From the NCBI GenBank assembly GCA_040383945.1, contig JBEICN010000002.1:1-57965 (forward strand): a DNA stretch of 57,965 nucleotides, given 5' to 3'. Source of the stretch: Candidatus Peribacteria bacterium (GTDB lineage Bacteria; Patescibacteriota; Gracilibacteria; BD1-5; UBA2023). Made by a program: the position numbers and the translations under genes. Below, piece after piece: positions 23,555 to 34,804 of the stretch; positions within the stretch are counted from its first letter, which is position 1, and the number at the start of each line of letters is the position of its first letter. The notes below the pieces were generated by a model. It had not been told where the DNA came from. It was given only the letters and a program-made list of their open reading frames with translations, and made no database searches.

Positions 23555-24007
23555 CTATTCGTGATGATATTTTGACCCCTTCCAGATTTCATGGATTCTA
23601 TATATTTGCTCAGAAAGCACCAAAAGCGCCAGTCCGTGGGGTAATGTAAAATCAGAAATAGATAGTGTCTGTTCGGTATGTGGAGCAAGAAGTTCGCGAT
23701 CCAATCCAAAACTACCACCAACTACAAAAATTACTTCATGCCCCTCGTTTCGGAGTGTTTGCATATTTTTTGAAAAATCTAGCGTAGTATACTGAGTACC
23801 GAATTCATCCAAAACCCAGGCTTTTTTTCGGAATTTCGAAAGTATTTCTATAACCTTCTGTGTCTCTTGCCGAATGACAAAAGATCGGTCAACATGCTTA
23901 ATCGGGCGAATGCGAATCCATTCTACCAATCCTTTCAACCGTTTTTCATATATTCCCACTTCGGAAATAAAATGACCCCCCGCATCGGCAACATACAAAA
24001 TTTTCAT
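23555..24007 (-). CDS. rlmH: 23S rRNA (pseudouridine1915-N3)-methyltransferase
   Basis: 150 aa. FVVGGSFGLD...TLSISDFTLPHGLALLVLSEQIYR is the RlmH SPOUT signature. Confidence 0.85.
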   Translation of the reverse strand: MKILYVADAGGHFISEVGIYEKRLKGLVEWIRIRPIKHVDRSFVIRQETQKVIEILSKFRKKAWVLDEFGTQYTTLDFSKNMQTLRNEGHEVIFVVGGSFGLDRELLAPHTEQTLSISDFTLPHGLALLVLSEQIYRIHEIWKGSKYHHE

Positions 24008-24047
24008 GAAAGGATTCTATGAAGTTACAAAAAAATAGAAAGAGTTT

Positions 24048-24075
24048 TTGACTCTCTTGAGAGTTTCAATACAAT
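24048..24075 (+). promoter_or_regulatory. sigma-70-type promoter candidate for the tRNA/rpmE cluster
   Basis: ttgact (24048-24053), 16-nt spacer, tacaat (24070-24075), 10 nt before tRNA-Thr. Confidence 0.5.
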
Positions 24076-24085
24076 GCGCCCACTT

Positions 24086-24161
24086 GCCACTTTAGCTCAG
24101 CTGGTAGAGCAACGGTCTTGTAAACCGTAGGTCGTCGGTTCGAATCCGACAAGTGGCTCCA
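24086..24161 (+). tRNA. tRNA-Thr (anticodon UGU), CCA encoded
   Basis: Cloverleaf by hand: acceptor GCCACTT/AAGTGGC, D arm GCTC..GAGC, anticodon stem ACGGT/ACCGT with loop CTTGTAA, T arm GTCGG-TTCGAAT-CCGAC. Confidence 0.9.
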
Positions 24162-24229
24162 GTAATATCAACGAGCAGGTAGCTTCGATTTGGAATACTA
24201 TATTCTAGTCGTGGCTTCTCTGTCTTTAT

Positions 24230-24314
24230 GGGTCGGTTCCAGAGCGGTCAAATGGGGAGGACTGTAAATCCTTTGGCTTCGCCTTCGTAGGTTCGAATCC
24301 TACCCGGCCCACCA
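24230..24314 (+). tRNA. tRNA-Tyr (anticodon GUA), long variable arm, CCA encoded
   Basis: Acceptor GGGTCGG/CCGGCCC, anticodon loop CTGTAAA, T arm GTAGG-TTCGAAT-CCTAC. Confidence 0.9.
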
Positions 24315-24366
24315 TTACATATCAAAAGTCGTATAGACAAGAAGTAATATTTGAAGAAAAACACTC

Positions 24367-24450
24367 GCCCGGATGGTGGAATGGTAGACACGACGGTCTT
24401 AGAAGCCGTTGCCGCGAGGTGTGAGAGTTCAAGTCTCTCTTCGGGCACCA
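24367..24450 (+). tRNA. tRNA-Leu (anticodon UAG), long variable arm, CCA encoded
   Basis: Acceptor GCCCGGA/TTCGGGC, anticodon stem ACGGT/GCCGT with loop CTTAGAA, T arm GAGAG-TTCAAGT-CTCTC. Confidence 0.9.
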
Positions 24451-24558
24451 AGTTGAATGAACAGCATCGAGTCTATTCTAGTAGGTTCTATGTTGTCCAT
24501 TGGACAATCCTTTACTCCGGCTCACCCGTATTAAGCGGAAGCGACAAATTTTTTTCTT

Positions 24559-24777
24559 ATGAAAAAGGATATCCATCCAAATACCTATAAAATTAAGGTA
24601 AGCTGTTCTTGCTGACACAGCTTTGAAACTCTCAGCACTATCAAGGGAGGAGAGCTCAAAGTGGAAACATGCCAGAACTGTCACCCATTCTACACTGGGG
24701 AAAAACGACTTCTTAAGACTTCTAGCGTCGACAAGTTTTACGCACGACAGAAGAAAGCGGAAAAGCTCCAAAAATAA
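24559..24777 (+). CDS. rpmE: 50S ribosomal protein L31 (zinc-binding C+ form)
   Basis: [27 protein letters not shown]...[10 protein letters not shown]. The TGA at 24613-24615 sits on the conserved Gly after CxC. Ends in TAA. Confidence 0.9.
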
Positions 24778-24793
24778 AGCTGTACCTATACAA

Positions 24794-24827
24794 AAACTTC
24801 CCATGAGCTATCTGGGAAGTTTTTTTT
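24794..24827. terminator. bidirectional Rho-independent terminator between convergent genes
   Basis: Perfect 10-bp stem aaacttccca (24794-24803) / tgggaagttt (24813-24822), 9-nt loop, T-run to 24827, and an A-run on the other side. Confidence 0.65.
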
Positions 24828-24838
24828 GAAAAAATTTA

Positions 24839-25837
24839 TTACGGCGTAGGTTGCGCCCCAGATGCCAGAAAAAAGTTAAATATAATATAGCTCGCAACGA
24901 GAAGAAGCACTCCAATAACCACATATTTCACGATATTTTTTGCCTTTTTCATTTTCTCGTCATCTCCACCAGAAGTCAAAACCAAAAACCCAGAATACAG
25001 TATGAGAATAACAATCACCAAAGCCAAAAACCCATTGATATAGTTCACTATATCCGTAAATATGGTGATCGTTTTGGAAATATTCGGATCTTCGATTTTA
25101 CAAATATTTACCAAAAGTACTCGTTCACACTTTGCTTCGCCATAAATAGACTTAATGAGCAGACCTGGCACCTTCAATAGAAAAAACCCCAGAATCGCGT
25201 AAATGATGGTTTTTTTACCACTCTTGGCCTTTTCTTCGTCTCCGCCAGCAGTTACGATCTTATAAAATGCCAGAAATGCCATCGCAAGAAATGCAAAAGA
25301 CGCCAAAATTTCTAAGAGATGTACAAACGGGTAGAGAATTTTATCTGAGAAATTCAAAGCGAGATTACCATCTATATTTTTGTCATACAAAAGGTCTACC
25401 ACCACAAAGGCTGATTGCATGACCACTATTCCGAGGGTGGTCCAGATGATAGTTGTTTTCCATTTTTTTATGTCTTCTTCTCACCCGGCACTAAAAAGAA
25501 TTCTGAGGGCAGAAATGATGAGGTAAATGATGGCAAATCCAAATATGACATTCTTAAGATCTCTGGCGATACGAATAAACAAATAATACGCCCCTCGCTC
25601 TCCCGTTTCTTGGTAAGAAAAAAACCTAAACCCTCCGTCAGCAGACTCTACTGAGGTTTTGAAATCCGCAGTATGGTCGGCTCTATTCTGTCCACTCTGC
25701 CTCCCGACACTCTGGAGGTCCAAATTGGTAGGTTGACCGCTCGAATCTACTTCTACCGCAGCAAACGCAAACGGCACCACCAGACATGTGGTCATGAAGA
25801 TAGAAAGCAGTATAAGAACTTGAGAAAATTTTTTCAT
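24839..25837 (-). CDS. secreted/membrane protein built from three tandem T4SS-pilin-like (TrbC/VirB2-type) helical hairpins
   Basis: Signal peptide MKKFSQVLILLSIFMTTCLVVPFAFA. Three repeats of a TM helix, an (S/T)(A/S)GG(D/E)(D/E)(D/E)(K/I)xKxxK motif, then a second TM helix: ILFSAGGEEDIKKWKTTIIW, KIVTAGGDEEKAKSGKKTIIY, LVLTSGGDDEKMKKAKNIVKY. Track ORFs 25481 and 24839 join over TGA. Confidence 0.6.
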
Positions 25838-25882
25838 AGGTGCATTGTAATCTAGGGCTCGCAAAGCGCAACCTTGACCTGC

Positions 25883-28795
25883 TTAATTGGTGGTAATTCC
25901 AAGTCGAGCCTCTATTTCCATATCGACATATTCTTTCTTTCGTCCATACATTTTCCGTGAATACTCCTTGATAAGCTTAGCGAGTTCGAGGTTCTTAAAG
26001 GTGTTATCCCAAATCGTTTTGAGGTCAAAAGGTCGAGTGGTGGCATTGTCGATATTCAATTTGCAATACGTAGTAAAATTTGCAATTCCGATAATATCTT
26101 GTTGAGAAAGTAGCGGCGAATATTCTTTTTCTAAGTATTCGGCATCATCCGCACCGACCTTAAAACTCATAATAGTACCAGCATTTCCAAATACCGCGTC
26201 TTTGATGGATGGTTTGCCGTCTTTATTATTGTTGCCTCCAATTTGAGCGATAAATTGATGCGCCATGATAAGGGCTAGATGGTACTTGCGGGCCTCGGAA
26301 AGAATTTCTCCAAAAGTATCTGTTGCAAAATTTTGAAACTCATCCACATAGAGAAAAAAGTCTTTTCTTTGGTCTTCTGGGGTATCGGCACGGCTCATGG
26401 CCGCCATATTGATTTTTGAGACAAATATCAAACCGAGAAGCTGGGCGTTGAGATCTCCGATCATTCCTTTGGAAAGATTCACCATCAATACTTTCTGATC
26501 ATCCATAACGCGGCGAAGATTGAAGGCGGATTTTGGCTGACCGATAATGTTACGAATCGTGGTATTGGTAACGAACGGTCCAAATTTTGAGCTGAAATAC
26601 GGGATCATTTCTTGCTTTTCTCGATCGCCAGTGTTTGCATATTCATGGTCCCAAAAGGCTTTTACTACAGGATTTTTTACCTTTGACACCTTGTACTTCA
26701 TAAACGCATCGTCAACGAACAGTCGTGGCACATCGATCAAAGTACCCCCTTCGTCATCATCGTCCATAAGCGTAAGACAACCGTTTCGGAAATAGTGCTG
26801 TATACGCGGCCCAAATATCTCCTCATTAAATATCTTAATGAAAATAGAGGTGGCATCCAGCGCTGCTCGATCTTTCTCTACGGCTCGAAGTGCTGGATCT
26901 GTTGCGATAATCTCGAGCATGTTCAGCCCCATTGGGCGTTCAAAGTCTCCAGGATTGAATATGACAATATCTTTGACTCGCTCTTTCGGAGTAAATGCAA
27001 TAATATCTTCTACCAGGTCACCATGAGGATCGATAACCGCAAGTCCGTCACCATTCCAGAGGTCTTGACGAGCAAGGTAGGAGAGAAATACTGACTTTCC
27101 TCCTCATGATTTTCCAATGATATAATGGTGTCTTCCTCGGTCTTTTCGAGAAAAATATACGGGAGTTTTCACATTACGATATTCGTTCCAGCCCATAAGC
27201 ACGCCGTCTGTATACAAGGGAAATCCTGCAAGTTTACGTGGTACATTAATCTCTACCGGCTGTTTTCCTGGATCTATGGTTTTTCCCTTGTTATCTCCAT
27301 CCTGATGGACTGGATAGGCCGTTCCATCAACACCATAAAAACTTCTTTGTTCATCGCGGACCAAGACTTTGTTCTCATCAACCTGCAAAAGCGTTCCATC
27401 TTGAGTAAAGACTTTGCCCGAAGGATCTCGTTTGTAATCTGAAAGCACCAACGGGTTTTTGAGAGTCTTAAGATTGTGGGGTGGTGCGAGCATTTTATAA
27501 TCCAACCACTTGATAATGGGAGATTTGTTGTAGTTGATATCAGGAAAATGGTACAAAGTGGAAAGTTCATCTACTGAAAAAACTGACTTGGATTGTAAAA
27601 ATCCAATCATGCGAAAGCGGTAGGCAAAATAACGGATTGGCGTAAAGATGAATGCGAGCAAATCCTCCCACTGTGGATTATCAAGCTTATTGTTGTACTC
27701 ATCAGTATACATAGACATGGCGCCAACCACTGACTCTAGGGCATTTTTGGTACTTTCTTGATCTTCTGAAGAAACGAGCAGTCGAACCGAAACCAAGAAC
27801 GCTGGCTGCCCCGCAGACTCTCCAACTGCCTTGTGGGACTCTTGTTCCGCTTGGTTGAATATTTTGTAAGAGTCTCACGAACTCGCACCAGGAGCACTGG
27901 TGCCATCCTCTTTCCCCGTGCTAAAAAAATCAACGAGCCAAATCAAAAATGCAAACGGCGCCTTGATGGCTTCCCAAAGAAAGTTTGCTTTGTACCCCTT
28001 GGTGTACTCACCTTTTGCTACTTTACTCGCCGCAGTTTTAGCATGGCGATTCCAGGCGCTTCATCGTGGCTTGATAACAAACTGAAGTGCGGCGTTATCA
28101 AACTTTTTCAAGGTACCAAAATTGTTCGTCAAAGTAGAAAGCGGATCATCCTCAAAATACTTGTATGTTTTAATTGGGAAAATATCATCATTAATTTTGC
28201 CAATAGAAGAAGCTCTCAGTGTATAATTATCTGGTTTGATATCAGGAAACTCGGAGGCGGGTATTTCTTTTACTTCAGCATCGGGGTAGTTGGAAGTAAT
28301 CTGCTGTGAGACCAAGTGCACATAATCACGGTACGTCACTACAAAAAATGAAAGCTGCCCCTTGTTATAGACCAACTCCATGGATATTTTGGCGTGATCA
28401 AATATAAAATCGCGAACGCTATCCCAGAAGGTAATATTCGAAATTTTGATAATTGATTTATAGAAAATGGACATAATTCCCATTTTTTCCTTAAAATCCT
28501 TTTTCGTCTCTTTTTCTTTGTCTAATTTGGAATCGGCTCGCGGTAGTGTAATTTGCATGTATACCAATCGACGGGCATTGTAAATTTCATACATGATTCG
28601 CATGAGCTTCAAGAGCAAATATCCCAGGAATATGAGGAGCAGGATTAGCACGATCTTTTCCGAAAGGAACAACAGAAGATCGCCTACTCCGAGTCAAGTG
28701 TCGGGAGTGGGTGAAGCGCTTGGGGTAGTTGTGGGCCTATTTGAGACGCCGGAAATACCGGCAGCCTCAGCTGTTGCTATAAATTGATGTATCAT
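25883..28795 (-). CDS. membrane-anchored VirD4/TraG-superfamily (FtsK/HerA-like) ATPase, paralog A (970 aa)
   Basis: Track ORFs 28061, 27104 and 25883 are in one frame. N-terminal TM helix. Walker A IIGKS-G-GGKS (TGA 27104-27106), AVIDPHGDL, Walker B FFLYVDEFQNF, and a coupling-protein-like KYHLALIMAHQFIAQ. Starts at ATG 28793-28795 and ends in TAA at 25883-25885. Confidence 0.8.
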
Positions 28796-28915
28796 ATTTT
28801 TTTGATATGCTACCAGTTCCGGACACTATGGGCAACTTTTGTGGACATTTTTCGTAACTTTTTCCTTTACGATTATCCAGGTGGTGGTATGGTTATGACC
28901 TAACCCCATTAATAT

Positions 28916-30409
28916 ATGAGACTTTTGCGCTCCATGGTGCTTCAGGGAATATTTGGAATTCCCATAGATATAGAAATAGATACCCAGCCAGGAATACCCT
29001 GTTTTACCATTGTCGGCCTGTGAGATGCCTCAATCCAAGAAAGCCGGGAACGCATTCGTTCTGCTATAAAAAATTCAAAATGTAGCTTCCCCTTGCGTCG
29101 GATCACTATCAATTTGGCCCCGGCACACATCAAAAAAACAGGAAGTCACTTTGATCTCGCCATCGCGCTTGGGCTCACGATAGATGAAGATTCAAACCTG
29201 GAGACAAAAAAACGATTAGAATCTACACTTATACTATGAGAGCTGGCGCTCGATGGCAAACTGCGCCCTCTTGTGGGAGCACTCCCGTTTATTGTATCAG
29301 CAAAAAAACAAGGCATACAAAAGGTCATGCTACCGCGAGAAAATATGCCCGAAGTTTTGCGGATTCCTGATATCGAAATATTACCCGTGGAAAGTTTGCT
29401 GGAGGGTATTGAGTATTTCGAAAAAGGAGAAATTCGTTCGTATGAGGCGGTGACAGCTCCAGAGTCAAATGCTGTGGTTTCTGTAAAATTTGAATCAATC
29501 ATTGGACAAGAATCAGTAAAACGCGGCCTTATTATTGCGGCAAGCTGAGGACACAATGTGCTCCTTGAATGACCCCCGGGCTCTGGCAAAAGCATGCTTT
29601 GTAGTGCACTTCAGTGAATCCTTCCAGATTTACAGAGTGACGAAGAATTAGAAGTTTCTCAGATCTATTCCATACTCGGCCTCGGCCAGCAAATACGATC
29701 AACTCTGCGCCCATTCCGCCATGTACACCACACCGCGAGTATAGCGAGCATTATATGATGATGAAAACACTGCCGGCCGTGAGAAATTAGTCTTGCGCAT
29801 CATGGGGTGTTATTTATGGATGAAATACTGGAGTTTGATCGATCTGCCATAGAATCCTTGCGAGAACCTCTAGAATCAAGAGAAATACGCATTTCACGAG
29901 CATATGGCACCTACGCATATCCAGCATCGTTTATGTTGGTGGGAGCTATGAATCCTTGCCCGTGTGGATATCTTTGAGATACCATCCAGGCCTGCAAAGA
30001 TACCGCAAGTGAGATTTCAAAATATCGTGGAAAGCTTTCCTGACCGATATTGGATCGTATCGATCTATTTTTGCAAGTACCTCGCCCCCGCTTGGAAGAA
30101 ATAAAAAAACAGAATTCTTCGAATGCACTCACCACCGAATGCGCCAAACAAAAAGTATCGGAAGCGTCTCAAATAGCCATGCAGAGGCAAGGAAAGCTCA
30201 ACGCCAACCTTCGCCCCCATGAATTGGATAAGCTGGAAATTGAAGAGGAGGCACATCAACTCCTGCTTCGTGCCATTGAACAACTCTCACTCTCGCTACG
30301 AGCGTACCATCGACTCTTGCGAGTGAGTCGGACCATTGCAGATTTAGAAAATCATAAAAAAATCGCTCCTGCCCATGTGGCAGAGGCGATGTGATATCGA
30401 CAAAATTAG
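28916..30409 (+). CDS. comM: Mg-chelatase-like ATPase ComM/YifB
   Basis: [35 protein letters not shown], Walker [38 protein letters not shown] (three consecutive TGA codons at 29756-29764), and the zinc-finger-like NPCPCGY. Ends in TAG at 30407-30409. Confidence 0.9.
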
Positions 30410-31455
30410 CTCTTTTTTAACTGATACATATTTCGCCCAACTCGTTCTATGTATTTTCGGTTTTGTAGATTCATATAGATGGTACTCGTTTTTACTTGAC
30501 GAACCTTGAGCACCTTTGTAATGATATCCTCAGTAGATAGGGGGAGTTTTGCCTTGTTGAAAACATCTATGATGACGTCAAGGACGGTTCCTGGTTTGTA
30601 GCCCCACTCCTTAAGAACATAGATTCATCGTCAAATCAATACAAACTCATTATTTCGTATGAGCTCATTATGAATAGTAGCCACCTTCACCGGCTCTTTA
30701 AAATGCTCAGCGATAGCGTTGGTCATATCAACAAAATGAGTAGGCTCTTTTTTCTTTTTCAAAATATAAATTGCCTTGTCTTTGAGCGTAGAAGGGTTCA
30801 GAATCTTCCACTTCTCAAGTCCTACAAATTTTTCTTCACCCTTTACTATATCCAAGAATACATCTAAGGCAGAGTCCACGAGTAAGGTGTCAATTTTTCA
30901 GAATTGTGCAAAGAGGTTGATTTTTATCATCTCATACAGCACGGCATTTTCTATAATATCTCCGCGCTTTTTGAGAATCTTCAAAGCTTCCTTGTGAATC
31001 TCGGCAATCACACGCTTGTTTACCTCAGGAAGAGTGAAATATGTATGAGTTCAGAGTTGTGGCTTTGATTTTTGAATGTTAAAATCTGACTGTAGCACAA
31101 TTTCCACAATTCCATCGTTAATATCCTCCGATCTCAGACCCAGCTCACTAATTACATTTGAGACAAGCCTGTCGCGAGTAAGAAGGCCTCCATGCTCTCG
31201 CAAAATTTTACCTCCATAAGTTTGAATCTCTAAAAGTCTTGAAGATTTAACAATTCGTCCAATTTTTCGGATTCATACATCTTCGATTTGTCGAACTCTT
31301 TCTCGGGTAATGCCGTAGTCATCTCCAATAGATTGCAAGGTCTCTCGCTCTCAAGAAAGGCCAATACGACGAGTAATCACGGATTTTTCTTTTTCGGTGA
31401 GACCCTCCAAGACTGCTAGAAAACCGGAATGTACTTCGCTAGATACGAGGGCCAT
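30406..31455 (-). CDS. sigma-70 region-4 HTH protein with a C-terminal HARE-HTH-like domain
   Basis: LTEKEKSVITRRIGLS-G-ERETLQSIGDDYGITRERVRQIEDV-G-IRKI is a region-4 signature. The tail ...PTHFVDMTNAIAEHF...IHNELIRNNEFVLI-G-R.. looks like HARE-HTH. Same-frame joining. Ends in TAA at 30406-30408. Confidence 0.6.
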
Positions 31456-31541
31456 AGAGGGAAAAATAAAATAACTTATACATCTATATATGGTTAATCG
31501 AACAAAAGTCAAGAAAGTTGAAAACTTCTGTAAAATCTTCC

Positions 31542-32033
31542 CTAGATAGGGAGTGTCATGTTTGTTTTGTCATTGCTCTTCTCCAAAATAGCACGATACT
31601 CTTCGAATTGAGCGTCAGTAGTAGGATTATTTTCTATATAGAGAGAAGAAAGCGCTTCTTTTTTTTGCTCTCTGTACGCCAATACCCCTCAAAAAAGGAG
31701 CAGTATAGAGCCAAAAATAGAAAATATCGGCGCTTCATAAAACACAATATCTTTGGTAAACGCAGAAAGTGATCTCAAGAAACTCAATCACATTATGAGT
31801 ATGGCCGTTTGGAAAATTCCAAAAAAAATCATGACGACCGGATCAGAAACTCGAACTCAAAGTTTAAATTTTAACACTTCCTTGGTGGTATTGGAAAATA
31901 TAAGAATCAGCGAACCGATGATGCTCAAAGAAAGAAGCACTCCCGCTCCTCCGAGAAACCTGGAAAACACAAAGTATTTTTCTACTCCGTCGATTGCAAA
32001 CCATGGAAACAAACAACTCCCCAAGACAAACAT
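31542..32033 (-). CDS. hypothetical membrane protein (163 aa)
   Basis: ATG 32031-32033. Four hydrophobic helices. Three in-frame TGA codons. Ends in TAG at 31542-31544. It becomes visible only under table 25. Confidence 0.45.
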
Positions 32034-32459
32034 TTGTCAAAAAAAAGCGATTCTTGAGGAAATCTTTAAGTGTATAAAATTAAAGGAAAGTCCCGATGCT
32101 ATTTTTAAAAGGCGAAGCCTAATTTTTCGGTACGATGTGGCAGTAGAAAGATTCATATTTGAGGGAATGTATACTGAATTATGGTGAATAGTAAATGTAG
32201 GGAATATTGACTTTGAGAAATTCTGTCGTTATATGGGTATATGTCAATACGAAAACCTGAGGACAATCTTTGGTTCCATGTATACCAACTCGTAGTTGGA
32301 TTTTTTTCGGTTATACGAAACATGTTACTTATGATTGTTGACAGGATACTTCGCAAAAAAACCAGCCGGAGAGTTGAAGCAAATCATCTCCTTTCGAGTC
32401 TACATTTTCTGGCGTATCAATTTCCAAAATCCTTTTGGAAAAAACCTACCGGAATAGGA

Positions 32460-33755
32460 ATGGGGAGAGGGATTGGCACTATCATGCTCTATTTTTTGGG
32501 GAAACGTGTATTTTTTTTGGAAAAAACGGGTTCTAGCGAAGATTTGGCATCAACCACGACTGACACGAAGGGGGCTCCATCTATCCATAATTCTGGATTC
32601 ACACTCATTGAGATGATGATCTCCATAACTCTATTTTCAGGCATACTTATCGGAGCATTTTCAGCATTTGGAAATATCACTCAGTTGAAAAACAAGGTCA
32701 TTGCTGATGTTGATGTATATGAGCAATTGTATGTAGCTGTGGAAAGCCTAAATACCTTGATCAAAGATGGATGAGATATCGATTATGAAGAATATTTCAA
32801 CCGATCCCTCGTCGGCACAACGCTTTCTGGCTGACACTATGTGACATCAAGCTGATTTGGAAATTTTGGCGCTGGATGAGCCATATCTGCGACTCCGAAT
32901 TTTGGCGATGATGTCTATTATTGTCGAAGTATTGTTGGATCTAGTGTTACCAATGCAGGATGTGCCTTGACGGGCGCACTCAATACCAGTGGGAATTCTC
33001 AAGCAGGAAGCATGCAAAGATATGGTCAGTATCAGCTCCAATTTACTGACTTTAATAGCCCAGGGAACAACGATACTCAGCTTTGTACCAACAAAGTTCC
33101 TTCTATACCAGGGATGCCACTGGGCGATGAAGATTGTGATGGGAACATTACCGGAGACTCCGACGATGAGTCGCTCGGACTTTGACCGGTAGCCTTTCCT
33201 CAAAATACAGCAATGCCCGAATTATATCTCATCAAAAAAAACAGCTCCAATCCGACGCGAATTTTGATCCGACTGAAGATAGAAAGAGATCCAGACGCTC
33301 CAGCAACAGCCCATTGTAATACTCAGGCTGGAACTGGTACGGGTTGTATTGGAAGACTTCAGATATTACGACTGATCGGAAGAGATCTTGGGGCAAGCCA
33401 TGGGTCGGGTAGTAGAAGTTACAACGGAAGAATTGACACTTGGGAATGTCAGCCCGATTTCCCATGTGTCACCATGCCAAATCAAACACTCGATGGTGTA
33501 CAGCGATATTTGCCAACTGGGAATGCTTCAGAATGGGTTGATATTTTTAGCAAGGATATTTCGGTAAATTCGGCAAATTTCTTTCTCAGTCCTAATATCG
33601 ATTATACCCTTGCGTGGAAGGGAGGATCTGATATGCTCGCAAACTCCATGCTTCGCATGCAGTTACGACTTGGATATAGTTGGAAAAAAAGGAAGCTGGT
33701 ACAGTTTAGGGTGCCAGAAATCGACGTCACCACCACTATCAACCTTAGAAAATAA
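32460..33755 (+). CDS. large Cys-rich type IV pilin-like protein (start uncertain)
   Basis: Prepilin motif NSG|FTLIEMMISITLFSGILIGAF. Track ORFs 32241, 32967 and 33213 are in one frame. Possible starts: 32241, 32460, 32484, or a TTG nearer the cleavage site. Four Cys pairs and an acidic DEDCDGNITGDSDDE loop. Ends in TAA at 33753-33755. Confidence 0.7.
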
Positions 33756-33759
33756 TACT

Positions 33760-34803
33760 ATGGAACCTTGCTGCAAAAATCATTCTGGCTCTGCTCTGAT
33801 AGTCACTCTGCTACTAATAGGGGTACTCTCGCTTGTCATGATACTGCTTATGGAAAAAATAATTCCGACCAGTCAAGCAATTCGAGGCATAGAAAACAGC
33901 ACTATTTGACTCTATCACAGCGCCTCCGCTATTGAGAAAGCATTTGCCAGTATGAACTATAGACAACCCGGACTCGCTGCGGGCACAGGGAATATTACGG
34001 TAAGTAGTGCTCAAGAGGAGGGGAAATATAATGTTTCTCAATCCAGCACAATTGTCCCAATTCCCGGGAAAGGAACGAGCGAATATGACTCAAACTGGAA
34101 TCGTATAAATACAGGAAATCCTGTTCAACTACGAATATCATCTCAAAGCTTGCTGACAAGTTTGGAAGATATGGTATTTGATCTTCGTATGCCAAAAATA
34201 GGAACTAGTGACTCACGTGCTGGATATACCGCAAGCACAAGATATTTCACCAGTAACGCTACCACCCCCGTGATTAATGTCATACTCAGCAATTCCAGCA
34301 TATCACTCATTTCAGACTATGGAACAAGCTGCTCCACATCGGGAGCCCAGAATAATGGACTTACCGCTGACCGAGTAAATGACCCAGATACTATAGCCCT
34401 TGGGAAGCTTTGCATGAAAAACACGAGCGTAATAGGATCAAGCCGAACCCTGGAAGAAATGCTTGATTTGACAGAAAATACAAACTTTTGCTCAGGCTGA
34501 TGCACGCTAAAGTTCAGCTTGGTAAATAAGCTAGAAAATGCTCAAAATCAAGAAGTTCCATATCTAGAGTACCGTATAAGAAAACAAATTTCACTTGGTT
34601 CAACGAACTGAGAAAATTGTTTTTTGAAGTATCCACCTATTACCACGGCCTGTAGCGTGGATATGAACCTTGCCGGGCAACTTGGGCTACCAATAACAAC
34701 GGTTGATTCAGAATGAATAGCATACGGCTATAGGCGGACTAACACAAGAGATCTACAACAGCTTACCACAAACGAAGCGTTCGACTTCGCCGTATTCAAA
34801 TAG
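33760..34803 (+). CDS. PilX/GspK-like minor pilin candidate
   Basis: The N-terminus MEPCCKNHSGSALIVTLLLIGVLSLVMILL resembles the PilX_N / GspK hydrophobic segment. Same-frame ORFs 33610 and 33952 plus a tail joined over TGA. Ends in TAG at 34801-34803. Confidence 0.5.
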
Positions 34804-34804
34804 C

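Noticed and set aside
24086-24450. Whether the tRNA cluster contains the UGA-decoding tRNA-Gly(UCA).
   Set aside because: The anticodons read by hand are UGU (Thr), GUA (Tyr) and UAG (Leu). The suppressor-like tRNA must be elsewhere in the genome.
32241-32459. ATG at 32241 as the start of the large pilin.
   Set aside because: It would give a leader of about 120 aa before the G|F cleavage site. It also overlaps the only promoter-like element upstream. I kept it as a possibility, but the model starts at 32460.
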